DNA from: a virus
Lineage: Duplodnaviria; Caudoviricetes
Strand: one strand, 5' to 3'
Virus record (IMG/VR): IMGVR_UViG_3300033405_000064
Location: 1 to 27,146 of that record
DNA: 27,146 nucleotides
In this document: in pieces, positions 17,687 to 24,813 of the stretch
Layout: the number at the start of each line of letters is the position of its first letter
Numbering within the stretch: the first letter of the stretch is position 1
Program-made: the position numbers and the translations under genes
Notes under the pieces: model-generated
Database searches by the model: none
Seen by the model: only the letters and a program-made list of their open reading frames with translations
What the model was told of the DNA's origin: nothing

Positions 17687-17690
17687 CTTC

Positions 17691-17900
17691 TCACTTCCCG
17701 GTTGTTAGCCTCGCCCCGTTACTAAATAGGGCAACCATCATGTTAGGATTGTCCATAAGGAATAGCCCCATGCGTAAAGCTGTGTTGAGCGCGTCCTTCT
17801 TCGAACACCCCAGCGCCGTCTTCACGGAGTCAAGGCGATCCAGGAGCTCGACCTCGATGTCCACCGAATCCTTGATGCACCGGTTGGGGGCTTTAGCCAT
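17691..17900 (-). CDS. Ribbon-helix-helix-like regulator in the cII position
   Basis: SVDIEVELLDRLDSVKTALGCSKKDALNTALR pattern; coupled to the cro-like gene. Confidence 0.6.
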   Translation of the reverse strand: MAKAPNRCIKDSVDIEVELLDRLDSVKTALGCSKKDALNTALRMGLFLMDNPNMMVALFSNGARLTTGK

Positions 17901-18120
17901 TGGTGCCCTCGGACAGTATCTCCAGCACCTGCGGATGGACCTTAATCAGTACGCACACGAGCCGAATCAGGATCTTCCCTTGCGCGGATATTCTCTTGGT
18001 ACGCCGGATAGCCCGATAACTTTCGGGGGCGTAGCCCAAGCAGGTGGCAGCTCTGGAGTGGTTTCCGAAGAAGGCTCTCAGGACCTCAAATTGTTCATCG
18101 CTCGGATGTGTCGTTGCCAT
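17893..18120 (-). CDS. Cro-like HTH regulator, probably leaderless
   Basis: FGNHSRAATCLGYAPESYRAIR HTH; divergent from the repressor-like gene; no SD, ATG 8 nt after the -10 position. Confidence 0.65.
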   Translation of the reverse strand: MATTHPSDEQFEVLRAFFGNHSRAATCLGYAPESYRAIRRTKRISAQGKILIRLVCVLIKVHPQVLEILSEGTNG

Positions 18121-18128
18121 GGCTTCGG

Positions 18129-18157
18129 TTGTTAGTAGAAAATCTCCTAGTTGGCAA
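18129..18157 (-). promoter_or_regulatory. Leftward promoter with operator O1 (18133-18149)
   Basis: TTGCCA-N17-TAACAA on the minus strand, overlapping the palindrome TAGTAGA-AAA-TCTCCTA. Confidence 0.65.
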
Positions 18158-18228
18158 GGAAGAAATTCAACCAGCGACCAGTAGGAGAAAAAATTATAGT
18201 GCTATGGAGGGATAAGGAGGTAGCGAAA

Positions 18229-18570
18229 ATGGATGGATACACCCGTGAGCGATGCTTCATCGGAATCATCTGCCAAAAATTGAAGGCGAAAGGGATTAGG
18301 CACTCCCCGGCCGCGCGGGTCGTGTTCGGAGGCCACAAGGAGCCGGTCAACGCATGGAGATCGCTCCGAAATCCTTCAGCCAAGCGGAGGAAGCCCCGAG
18401 GGTTGAGTTTGGCGGAGGCCTATGATCTGGCGGAACTGGTGGGCGAGCCATTGCTCTCTCTGTTGGTAGAGACGGATCACGCGGTCAAGGCGGGATGGAC
18501 TTTAGAAAAAGACGACCCGTCGTCCTGGTGTCAGGAGGACGACGAGTCTCAAGGGAAAAAGAATATCTAG
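18229..18570 (+). CDS. Putative immunity repressor (HTH)
   Basis: Start moved to ATG 18229 (AAGGAGG RBS); GIRHSPAARVVFG...WRSLRN...LSLAEAYDLAELVG XRE-like helices; lies between operators. Confidence 0.65.
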   Translation: MDGYTRERCFIGIICQKLKAKGIRHSPAARVVFGGHKEPVNAWRSLRNPSAKRRKPRGLSLAEAYDLAELVGEPLLSLLVETDHAVKAGWTLEKDDPSSWCQEDDESQGKKNI

Positions 18571-18758
18571 ACGAGTCCCTCCTCGACCAAGTCTAGGCGC
18601 ACATTGTCACATGCAGCGAGCAGGACGCCAGCCAGAGTGGCTACGTCCTGCTCGCTTATCCCCTCATACACGAGGGCCCTGCCTATGGCCCCAATCAGGT
18701 CAAGTCCTAGAGAGATGGACTCTGACCTGTCTTTCCCCCCGGTGAATGTCAGTCTCAT
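18567..18758 (-). CDS. Hypothetical protein convergent with the repressor
   Basis: Strong AAGGAGGAGG RBS before ATG 18758. Confidence 0.6.
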   Translation of the reverse strand: MRLTFTGGKDRSESISLGLDLIGAIGRALVYEGISEQDVATLAGVLLAACDNVRLDLVEEGLV

Positions 18759-18859
18759 TCCTCCTCCTTTAAGGTTTGTCATCATAACAATAAAAATGGT
18801 ATAGGGGATTTTTTTTCTCCTAGCCGTCTATTCCCTCCGCGATCGGTATGATATCTATC

Positions 18860-18914
18860 TGGTAGAAAATCTCCTAATTTAGCTGTTGACCTCTAGGAGA
18901 TATTCCACTAGGCA
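18860..18914 (+). promoter_or_regulatory. Rightward early promoter with operators O2 (18860-18876) and O3 (18894-18910)
   Basis: TGGTAGAAAATCTCCTA and TAGGAGATATTCCACTA; TTGACC at 18886-18891, N17, TAGGCA. Confidence 0.7.
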
Positions 18915-18959
18915 GGAGTTGTGCCGGGGGGTTCTCCCCCTAAATAGCTCGGAGGGGAC

Positions 18960-19601
18960 ATGACATCGTACGATACCGCGCCCACGCTGACGCTCTATAC
19001 CAGCCTTCAGTCGGCGTTTGACCACATGAATCGCGAACTGTTTGGTGGCCGGCTGGAGGCAGTGCTCATTACACTCCAGCGCCGGGCGCACTCACGGGGG
19101 TACTTCCACGCCGAGCAGTTCTCCACACGCGGGGCCGAGCAGGATGACACCCGCTCCGAAATCGCACTGAATCCCTCCACTTTCTACGACCAGTCTGACC
19201 GAGAGATAGCGGCCACGCTCGCGCATGAAATGACTCACCTGCGCCAGTTCCTGGAAGGCGAGAACCTGCCCAAGGGGCGCATGCACAACAAGGAATGGGC
19301 CGAGATGATGGAGGAGATCGGCCTTACCCCCACCTCGGACGGCACGCCTGACGGCAAGCGCACAGGGCCCAAGATGACGCACATGATCGTGCCTGGCGGA
19401 AAGTTCGACAAGAGCTTCGACGCCTTGGTCGAGGCCGGTTGGAAGCTCGACTGGCAAGCGGCCCTGGCCGTAGCCGACGAGAAGAAGGTGGACAAGTCTA
19501 AGGTCAAGTTCACTTGCGGATGTGGCCAAAACGTCTGGGGCAAAGAGGACGTGAAAGTCATGTGCGCCCTGTGCGGGTCCGAGTTCCTGCCAGCACAATA
19601 A
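18960..19601 (+). CDS. SprT-like zinc metalloprotease with C-terminal zinc ribbon
   Basis: AFDHMNRELF, EIALNP, TLAHEMTH, HNKEWA, CGCG...CALCG. Confidence 0.9.
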   Translation: MTSYDTAPTLTLYTSLQSAFDHMNRELFGGRLEAVLITLQRRAHSRGYFHAEQFSTRGAEQDDTRSEIALNPSTFYDQSDREIAATLAHEMTHLRQFLEGENLPKGRMHNKEWAEMMEEIGLTPTSDGTPDGKRTGPKMTHMIVPGGKFDKSFDALVEAGWKLDWQAALAVADEKKVDKSKVKFTCGCGQNVWGKEDVKVMCALCGSEFLPAQ

Positions 19602-19619
19602 AAAAGAGGAGGCGAGGGA

Positions 19620-20090
19620 ATGAAAAGGGTTCTTAGGCGCGAGAAGGGCGGAACATACTATTTTGTGGACGGGGTGCGAATATCCGGAGTGCATGAACTG
19701 CTCAGGGGCGACGTGTCCGGGCTCAGGGGCGACGTGTCCGGGCTCAGGGGCAACGTGTCCTGGCTCAGGGGCGACGTGTCCGGGCTCAGGGGCAACGTGT
19801 CCGGGCTCAGGGGCAACGTGTCCTGGCTCAGGGGCGACGTGTCCGGGCTCAGGGGCAACGTGTCCTGGCTCAGGGGCGACGTGTCCGGGCTCAGGGGCGA
19901 CGTGTCCGGGCTCAGGGGCGACGTGTCCGGGCTCAGGGGCGACGTGTCCGGGCTCAGGGGCGACGTGGACGATGCCGAAATATCGGATGAGGACCACGAA
20001 CTCGGGGTGGAGGTGTCCGCTCTGGTTATCGGCGAGGAGGAGGACAAGACAGAGGCGAGAGCCCATGATCCCGAACATCTCCGGGACTAA
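19620..20090 (+). CDS. Heptapeptide (LRG[D/N]VS[G/W]) repeat protein
   Basis: GAGG RBS; of the open frames across the repeat, this is the one with an RBS-backed start. Confidence 0.75.
   Translation: MKRVLRREKGGTYYFVDGVRISGVHELLRGDVSGLRGDVSGLRGNVSWLRGDVSGLRGNVSGLRGNVSWLRGDVSGLRGNVSWLRGDVSGLRGDVSGLRGDVSGLRGDVSGLRGDVDDAEISDEDHELGVEVSALVIGEEEDKTEARAHDPEHLRD
19701..19967 (+). repeat. 21-nt tandem repeat, 12 full units plus 15 nt
   Basis: Unit CTCAGGGGC[G/A]ACGTGTCC[G/T]GG; only two variable positions. Confidence 0.97.
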
Positions 20091-20505
20091 AAGGTGCTTG
20101 AGCTGCAAGCGCCCCCTCCCCATCGAGGAGTTCAGCCGCGACGGGCTGGTTTGGAACACCTGCGCTCGGTGCTCGCAGGCCAGCGCCGAAAGGTACGCAA
20201 GGCGCAAGGCGCAAGAGGCCGCGTGCTGCGTCAAGACCTGCCGGGGATGCAAGGCCAAGAAGCCTGTCGAGGACTTCCAGGAAGGTGACGTGACCTATGG
20301 CCTCTGTGGGCTCTGCCGAGAGACGCGGAACATGGAGCGGGCACGCCGACTCTTAGCCGCGGCGGCCAAGAAAGAGGCCCGTAGGCTTGCCTCGGAGGCG
20401 GCCATGGACTGGGCGAATATTAAATTCGAGGGAGCCAGCGGCCCGTACAGCCCGGAAGTCCTGGGGGCCTATCCCCCCCATAACTACTCGAAGGAGCAGA
20501 GATGA
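20065..20505 (+). CDS. Double zinc-ribbon protein
   Basis: Start at ATG 20065 rather than 19663; two CxxC-x8-F-x9-CxxC units. Confidence 0.75.
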   Translation: MIPNISGTKRCLSCKRPLPIEEFSRDGLVWNTCARCSQASAERYARRKAQEAACCVKTCRGCKAKKPVEDFQEGDVTYGLCGLCRETRNMERARRLLAAAAKKEARRLASEAAMDWANIKFEGASGPYSPEVLGAYPPHNYSKEQR

Positions 20506-21041
20506 AAATCATCGGCATCAGCGGAAAAATGGGCACGGGCAAAACAACCCTGGCCAACATCATCGTGGGGAAGATCCCCGGAGCGATTCGCATGAGCTTC
20601 GCGGACCCGGTGCGGGAGGAGGTGGCCGAACTCCTGGGGCTCGTCCCCGACGATGTGCGAGACCAGCGATTCAAGGAGCGCACGTTTAAGCTCGGGAAGC
20701 GGTCCATGACCGGACGTGAGATCCTCCAATGGTGGGGGACGGAGATCCGACGCAAGGCAGACTGCGATTATTGGGTGTCCATCATGGCTAGGCGCCTATC
20801 CAGTCTGCATGACTCCTATATCCCCATCGTGGTCATCGACGACGTGCGCTTCCGGTCCGAAGCGCAGATCATCCCCCGCTTGATCCGGCTGGACCCCTAT
20901 CCGGGATGGGCGCCAGGTCCGAACGCCAACCACCCGAGCGAAACGGACTTGGACAACTGGGGATCGTTCCAGGCTGCGTTCAGTCCCGTGTACGGGACAC
21001 TGGCGGATGTGGCTGACCGCATCCTGTACCCCAACAAATAG
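20502..21041 (+). CDS. Deoxynucleoside monophosphate kinase
   Basis: IIGISGKMGTGKT, SFADPVR, REILQWWGTE, VVIDDVRF, HPSE. Confidence 0.92.
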   Translation: MKIIGISGKMGTGKTTLANIIVGKIPGAIRMSFADPVREEVAELLGLVPDDVRDQRFKERTFKLGKRSMTGREILQWWGTEIRRKADCDYWVSIMARRLSSLHDSYIPIVVIDDVRFRSEAQIIPRLIRLDPYPGWAPGPNANHPSETDLDNWGSFQAAFSPVYGTLADVADRILYPNK

Positions 21042-21049
21042 GAGAGCCC

Positions 21050-21499
21050 ATGCGAACCGACGAGCCCTTGCTTCCGGCGCCGACGACATACATCGGCGTC
21101 AAGCTGATCCAGGCCCACCCCGAAGAAAAGGACGGTCGGCCCGGGTATGCCGTCTACTACCCGGACGGATACGTCTCCTGGTCTCCGAAGGACGCGTTCG
21201 AGCGGGCCTACTTCCCTCTGGCCGATCCGGCCGGGACTAAGATCTGCGAGGCGGATGTGGACGCCTTCCTCTTGGAGCCCGACCCGACTCAGATTGAGTT
21301 CAAGACCACCCTGGTTATTCAGGACACCATCACCGGCTCTGTCCAGCACGAGTTCAGTTCCTGCGTCGATCCGGCCAACTATGACCACGAGCTGGGCACG
21401 AGCATCTGCGTCGAGCGGATCAAGGACCGAATCTGGCCCATGCTTGGCTTCGTGCTCCAGTGGGGTAGGAACGGCCTAACCATGAAGGAGAAGTCATGA
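21050..21499 (+). CDS. Two-domain protein: YIGxK...GYxSWSPK domain fused to a Phage_gp49_66 (Acb4-like) domain
   Basis: N-terminal YIGVKLIQAHP...GYAVYYPDGYVSWSPKDAFERAY; C-terminal SSCVDPANYDHELG...IWPMLGFVL. Confidence 0.8.
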   Translation: MRTDEPLLPAPTTYIGVKLIQAHPEEKDGRPGYAVYYPDGYVSWSPKDAFERAYFPLADPAGTKICEADVDAFLLEPDPTQIEFKTTLVIQDTITGSVQHEFSSCVDPANYDHELGTSICVERIKDRIWPMLGFVLQWGRNGLTMKEKS

Positions 21500-21744
21500 C
21501 CTATTGGCACACCAGGGCCGAAGCCGAGCGCCTCCTTTGCCCCGAACCCAAGTTCAGACAGTGCGCCGGGGCTGCCTGCGCGGCCTGGGTATGGGCGGGC
21601 TTCGAGCGGCGGGCAGTGGGAGAATACCCTTGCACCGATTGCGTCGGGGACGATCCTGAGTGCGAGAAGTGCGGAGGCACGGGGAAATACACCGCCTACG
21701 AAAACGCCCAGGTCGGCGGTTGCGGACGCCGCACGTTGCCGTAA
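21496..21744 (+). CDS. Cys-rich protein with DnaJ-like zinc-finger insert
   Basis: ATGA coupling; CP...CxxxxCxxWxW...CxxC...CxxCGGTG...GGCG. Confidence 0.75.
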   Translation: MTYWHTRAEAERLLCPEPKFRQCAGAACAAWVWAGFERRAVGEYPCTDCVGDDPECEKCGGTGKYTAYENAQVGGCGRRTLP

Positions 21745-21781
21745 TCAGGGCCGCGCCCAAGCAGGGCCTTGTTTTAGATAT

Positions 21782-21807
21782 GGGAGCCCTCCCGGGCGAG
21801 GGCTCCC
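21782..21807 (+). other. Perfect 10-bp hairpin without U-tract (stability or processing element)
   Basis: GGGAGCCCTC-CCGGGC-GAGGGCTCCC just upstream of the AAGGAG RBS. Confidence 0.55.
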
Positions 21808-21826
21808 CCACTAAACCAAGGAGCAG

Positions 21827-22392
21827 ATGATGAGCATCGAGAACTGGCACAAGAAGATCCTGGCCGAGAACCATAACAAGAAGATGCAGGCGGTGGAACG
21901 GCCTCGGCATGGCCGCAACATGTCCCAGGCCACGCGCCGGCAGCTCGTGTGCGCCTCGATGATTCAGGCCGTCCTGGACGCGAGTGTGCATGCGTACCGC
22001 CTGGCCAAAACCCGGACGTGCCCGTGGACAAAGTCGTCCCGGACGAGGTCAAACGCCTGCTCTTGTCCCTGCAACAGAACAGGGCCAGGGCCTACGCCGC
22101 GGCCGGGCATCCGCTGGACACGCATGGGCATATCCACCTGGAGCAGGACGCACTAGCGAAGTACCACGGCATGTTGCGCACGGTTCAGGCCGAGATCATC
22201 GCCCCGTACGGGGACACGGTGAACGCCGTGGACTTCATCGCCGCCGCGCCCGACTGTTTTGAGGTGCTGGACGCTCTACTCGAAATGTATGTGGACCTCG
22301 CGAATAGTGGTGATTGTGGGAATTGGGACCCAGAAAAAATGCCCGAGGTGATAAGCGCCCGTGCGGCCATCGCCAAAGCCAAGGGGGCCTAG
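21827..22392 (+). pseudogene. Hypothetical gene split by a -1 frameshift near 22007-22013 (mutation, sequencing error or recoding)
   Basis: Gene-like codon usage switches from the 21827 frame to the 21949 frame at CCAAAACCC; C-terminal FIAAAPD...ARAAIAKAKG phage motif. Confidence 0.6.
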
Positions 22393-22394
22393 CC

Positions 22395-22574
22395 ATGAAG
22401 CGCCTCAACACCCACCCCATCCGGCCCGACCGCGTGCGCGAGGATACCAGCGTGGCCGTGCGGGCGCTGATCAGAAGCATACGGCGGCCAAGTTGGCATA
22501 CCGATGGCTACCGGACGCCGCAGGAGGCACAGGAAGCGCGAGAGACGGCGGAGGCGCCCCATGCTTCGTCCTGA
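22395..22574 (+). CDS. Hypothetical protein, 59 aa
   Basis: TAGCCATG junction; fills the gap before the exonuclease and supplies its GGAGG RBS. Confidence 0.55.
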   Translation: MKRLNTHPIRPDRVREDTSVAVRALIRSIRRPSWHTDGYRTPQEAQEARETAEAPHASS

Positions 22575-23397
22575 GGACATGGCTGGCATGGCCTTTTCAG
22601 ACTTCGTGCGCCTGGGCCTCGTGGAGGGCCTGGCCAACGAAGCCTACCACGAATCCCCGGGGGTGAGCAAAACAGGTCTGGATCACATTTCCAAGTCCGC
22701 CGCGCACTACGTGGCCTATGTCCAGGGAAACGACAAAGACACCGACGCCAAGCGATTTGGCCATCTTTTCCACCGCTTCATCCTGGAGCCGGACTTGTGC
22801 CGGCTGGCCGTTTGGGATGGCCCGGCCAGGAACACCAAAGCCGGGAAAGAAGCCTGGGCCGAATTTCTTGAAAAGCATCAGGAGCACGAGGTTGTAAGCG
22901 TTGATGAAAGTCGGGCGCTGGAGGGGATGCGGGCCAGTGTCTACGCACATTCCGCTGCCAGAAACTTGTTGAATATCTCTGGCCGTTCCGAGTTGTCCCG
23001 TTGGTCCTATGACCAGCGCACCGGGGAACTGTGCAAAGTGCGCCCAGACAGGCTTTTGGACATCGGCATGGCCTTTGACCTCAAGAGCTGCAAAGACGCG
23101 AGCCCACGGGGCTTCTCCAAGGCCTGCGCCGAGCGCCGATACCATGTCCAAGGGGCTTTTTACCCTGACAAGCTGGGCCTGGATGAAAAGCGATTCCCGT
23201 TCATCGCCGTCGAGAAGGACCCCCCCTATGCCGTGGCCGTCTACGAACTTGATCCCCAGGCCGTGGAGTTCGGGCGCTACCTCTACGAGCGGGACTTGAT
23301 CCGCTTGGCCGAGTGCAAAATTTCCAAACAGTGGCCCGCGTATTCAGAGAAAATTGAAAGGCTCACGCTTCCCGCGTGGGCTACAAAGGAGATTTAG
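22561..23397 (+). CDS. RecE/exonuclease VIII-like PD-(D/E)XK nuclease (DUF3799-type)
   Basis: Start at ATG 22561; NEAYH...VSKTGL, KVRPD, DLKS, YHVQGAFY, FIAVEKDPPY, WPAY, LPAWA. Confidence 0.92.
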   Translation: MLRPEDMAGMAFSDFVRLGLVEGLANEAYHESPGVSKTGLDHISKSAAHYVAYVQGNDKDTDAKRFGHLFHRFILEPDLCRLAVWDGPARNTKAGKEAWAEFLEKHQEHEVVSVDESRALEGMRASVYAHSAARNLLNISGRSELSRWSYDQRTGELCKVRPDRLLDIGMAFDLKSCKDASPRGFSKACAERRYHVQGAFYPDKLGLDEKRFPFIAVEKDPPYAVAVYELDPQAVEFGRYLYERDLIRLAECKISKQWPAYSEKIERLTLPAWATKEI

Positions 23398-23399
23398 CC

Positions 23400-24404
23400 A
23401 TGACTGACAACTCGTTTGCATCCTCAGTGCTGACCAACAAGGGAGAAGTTGCGATCCAGGTCATGTCCGAGCCGTCTTCTGCATTGGCCACTACCGACCA
23501 GAAGCGGGCCGTGGCCGAGGTTCAAGCGGCCCTGGCGATAGCCAGGGGGTGCCCAAGGAACGAGCTTAAGGCCCGGGAAAAGCTTCTCCAGGCCTGCCAG
23601 CGTCCATCCCTCGCAAGTGTGGCCGTGTACAGCTACCCGCGCGGGGGGCAGTCGATTTCCGGCCCCTCTATAAGACTGGCGGAAGCCGCAGCCCGATGTT
23701 TCGGGAATATGACCTACGGATTCAGGGAAATATCCCGCACCGACGGGGGGTCTGAATGCGAATCGTTCGCCTGGGACCTGGAGACGAATACCAGGGCCGT
23801 CCGGCAATTCAACGTGCGCCATATCCGTGACACCAGGAGCGGCCCCGTACAACTCAAGGACGAGCGCGACATTTATGAGATGATCGCCAACTATTCACAG
23901 CGCCGGGTTCGGGCCTGCATCCTGGAGATAGTACCCGGTGACATCATCGAAGACGCCGTTGCCGAATGCGATAAGACCCAACGGGCCAGCCTGGGAGACA
24001 AGCCTATCAAGGAAGTCGTCAAGGATATGCTAGAGGCTTTCGAGAAGTTCAAGGTCAACCGTGAGGCCATCGAGAAGCGCATGGGCCATCGAGTAGACAC
24101 GGCAACCCCTGCGGAGATCATTGGACTCAAGAAAATATGGCTGAGCATCGAGGAAGGATTCAGCGGGGCTAAGGATTGGTTCGACCTGGGCACTACCGAT
24201 GACGGAGCAGACGACCTCAACGAGAAGCTCAAGAAGGCGGCCAAGAAGGAAGAGCCGAAGGCCCAGCTCCAGCCCGACCAGCCGACCACCATCCCGTGCC
24301 CCCAACTGGTGGACGAAGAAAGCGGGCAGCCCATGAAGGTGTTTCTGGCCAAGTGCGAGGGCTGCAAAGACCGGACCACCTGCCTGAGTCACGAGAAGGC
24401 ATAG
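23400..24404 (+). CDS. Putative single-strand annealing protein (partner of the exonuclease)
   Basis: Start at ATG 23400; RAVAEVQAA...PR, YSYPRGG...GPSIRLAE...GN, AWDLETN, RRVRACIL; occupies the RecT position. Confidence 0.6.
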   Translation: MTDNSFASSVLTNKGEVAIQVMSEPSSALATTDQKRAVAEVQAALAIARGCPRNELKAREKLLQACQRPSLASVAVYSYPRGGQSISGPSIRLAEAAARCFGNMTYGFREISRTDGGSECESFAWDLETNTRAVRQFNVRHIRDTRSGPVQLKDERDIYEMIANYSQRRVRACILEIVPGDIIEDAVAECDKTQRASLGDKPIKEVVKDMLEAFEKFKVNREAIEKRMGHRVDTATPAEIIGLKKIWLSIEEGFSGAKDWFDLGTTDDGADDLNEKLKKAAKKEEPKAQLQPDQPTTIPCPQLVDEESGQPMKVFLAKCEGCKDRTTCLSHEKA

Positions 24405-24406
24405 CC

Positions 24407-24694
24407 ATGTCCACTAAAGATTGCCCCCGCTGCGAGGTCACCAAGGACGTGGCCGAGTTCATGGCGAACGGTCGCGAGTTCGTGGAGTGCAACCGCTGCC
24501 GCAGGATGCGCACTGAGTCCAAGCATCGGGCCAGGAATGGGGAAGCGCGACCCTACAGGGCGCTTGTTGAGGATTTGGGCGAGGATGCCGAGTACCGCGC
24601 CCGGGTGCGCCGGGCGATCAAGATGCCGATCCCGCACGCCGCGTCGTTCCTGGCCGATGTTGGGCGCGATGCCCGGATGTGCCCGGTGAGATAG
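24407..24694 (+). CDS. Zinc-ribbon protein
   Basis: ATG 24407 after TAGCC; CPRC-x8-F-x9-CNRC. Confidence 0.7.
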   Translation: MSTKDCPRCEVTKDVAEFMANGREFVECNRCRRMRTESKHRARNGEARPYRALVEDLGEDAEYRARVRRAIKMPIPHAASFLADVGRDARMCPVR

Positions 24695-24813
24695 TCGTGG
24701 GGCAAACGGCTCCATGCCGTGTGGTGCGAAAGTAGACCCAGGTCCCCAAACACATAGCCCCCGTCGGTCGGGCGTGTTCCAGACCGGATTAACCCTCAAC
24801 CAAAGGAGAGATC

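Noticed and set aside
19701-19967. CRISPR array or DGR template/variable repeat
   Set aside because: Units are contiguous with no spacers; no reverse transcriptase or TR/VR pair is in the window; one variable site is G/T, not adenine-specific.
19092-20505. Long ORFs 19092..20258 (-), 19658..20047 (-) and the 19663 extension (GSGATCP repeats)
   Set aside because: They are open only because the repeat unit has no stop in those frames; no RBS; they overlap better-supported genes.
21746-21807. Intrinsic terminator upstream of 21827
   Set aside because: The strong hairpin has no U-tract on either strand, and the upstream CAGGGCC/GGCCTTG stem has a large loop and short U-run; kept only as a hairpin.
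24698-24748. c-di-GMP-I riboswitch, hammerhead ribozyme or tRNA
   Set aside because: GGCAAAC and GAAA are present, but the GACGCAAA-type junction, the CUGAUGA core and the T-loop/cloverleaf are missing.
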